From Chara braunii (Eukaryota > Plantae > Charophyceae), in the NCBI GenBank assembly GCA_003427395.1, contig BFEA01000015.1, positions 6,509,859 to 6,573,858 of the forward strand: a DNA stretch of 64,000 nucleotides, read 5' to 3'. Position 1 is the stretch's first letter. Every line of letters begins with the position of its first letter. Below the pieces are notes generated by a model, which was not told the origin of the DNA, searched no databases, and saw only the letters and a program-made list of their open reading frames with translations. The translations under genes were made by a program, and so were the position numbers. Below are positions 63,529 to 64,000 of the stretch, one piece after another.

Positions 63529-63907
63529 ACGTGAGGTATTCCAATACGTCAAGGTTTCAAGTCCTCGCACAAGCGCTTGCGAGCATGCGGAAGCCTTGGT
63601 TCACCCTGAGAAGCCCTCACTAACCCCCTCACATGCCCTCACATCATCCCTATCAAGTCCGATTAGCTCTTCACAAGCTCTGACAGAAGCCCTGGTCGGC
63701 TCTCACAAGGACATACACTTTTCCTCACGAGCTCTTCCAAGCCCTCACAAACGCTCACAGGGCCTTGAAGCCCAAACCGCTTTGGACCTGAACTCCTGCA
63801 GGCGTGTTTTCGGGAGCCGACATCCTCGGCTGCCAACGCTGAGCAAGGCCAGTGAAATGACAGTGCCTGTTGACAGTAGATGGGGACGCTGCTGTCACAC
63901 CTTGTAA
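63529..63907 (+). CDS. Tentative exon 10 (Ser/Pro-rich C-terminal region)
   Basis: tacttctgcag| acceptor. Phase 2 from tentative exon 9 gives an open frame to the stop at 63907 (same frame as ORF 63596..63907); no homology support. Confidence 0.27.
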
Positions 63908-64000
63908 ATGACTTATAAGGTGCAAGTGACATATAAATGCAGAGGAGTGAATGCCCTGTGGCCTCCAGTGTGTGGACATTATGTGGTTCAAAATATTAGC

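Overview
Eukaryotic, repeat-rich genomic DNA with several N gaps. The plant-type gene, very long TE-filled introns and microsatellite style suggest a charophyte alga such as Chara, but this is inference. Almost the whole window is one + strand spliced gene encoding an SF1/branchpoint-bridging-protein-like KH-QUA2 protein, resembling the plant paralogue typified by Arabidopsis At3g32940 (recalled, not searched). I reconstruct 8 phase-consistent exons from about 4.9 kb to 61.7 kb, plus 2 tentative downstream exons. A 37-kb intron splits the KH domain. That intron holds a degenerate chromovirus-type Ty3/Gypsy element (both LTRs, 4-bp TSD, RT core missing), a second Gypsy remnant, a truncated LINE, a 3.4-kb non-autonomous Helitron, two U6 snRNA pseudogenes in opposite orientation and a roughly 360-bp inverted repeat pair 17 kb apart. 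TA- and TTAA-flanked MITEs and an 8-bp-TSD hAT-like element occur in this and the other introns. Most ORFs in the supplied track are spurious (gaps and microsatellites).
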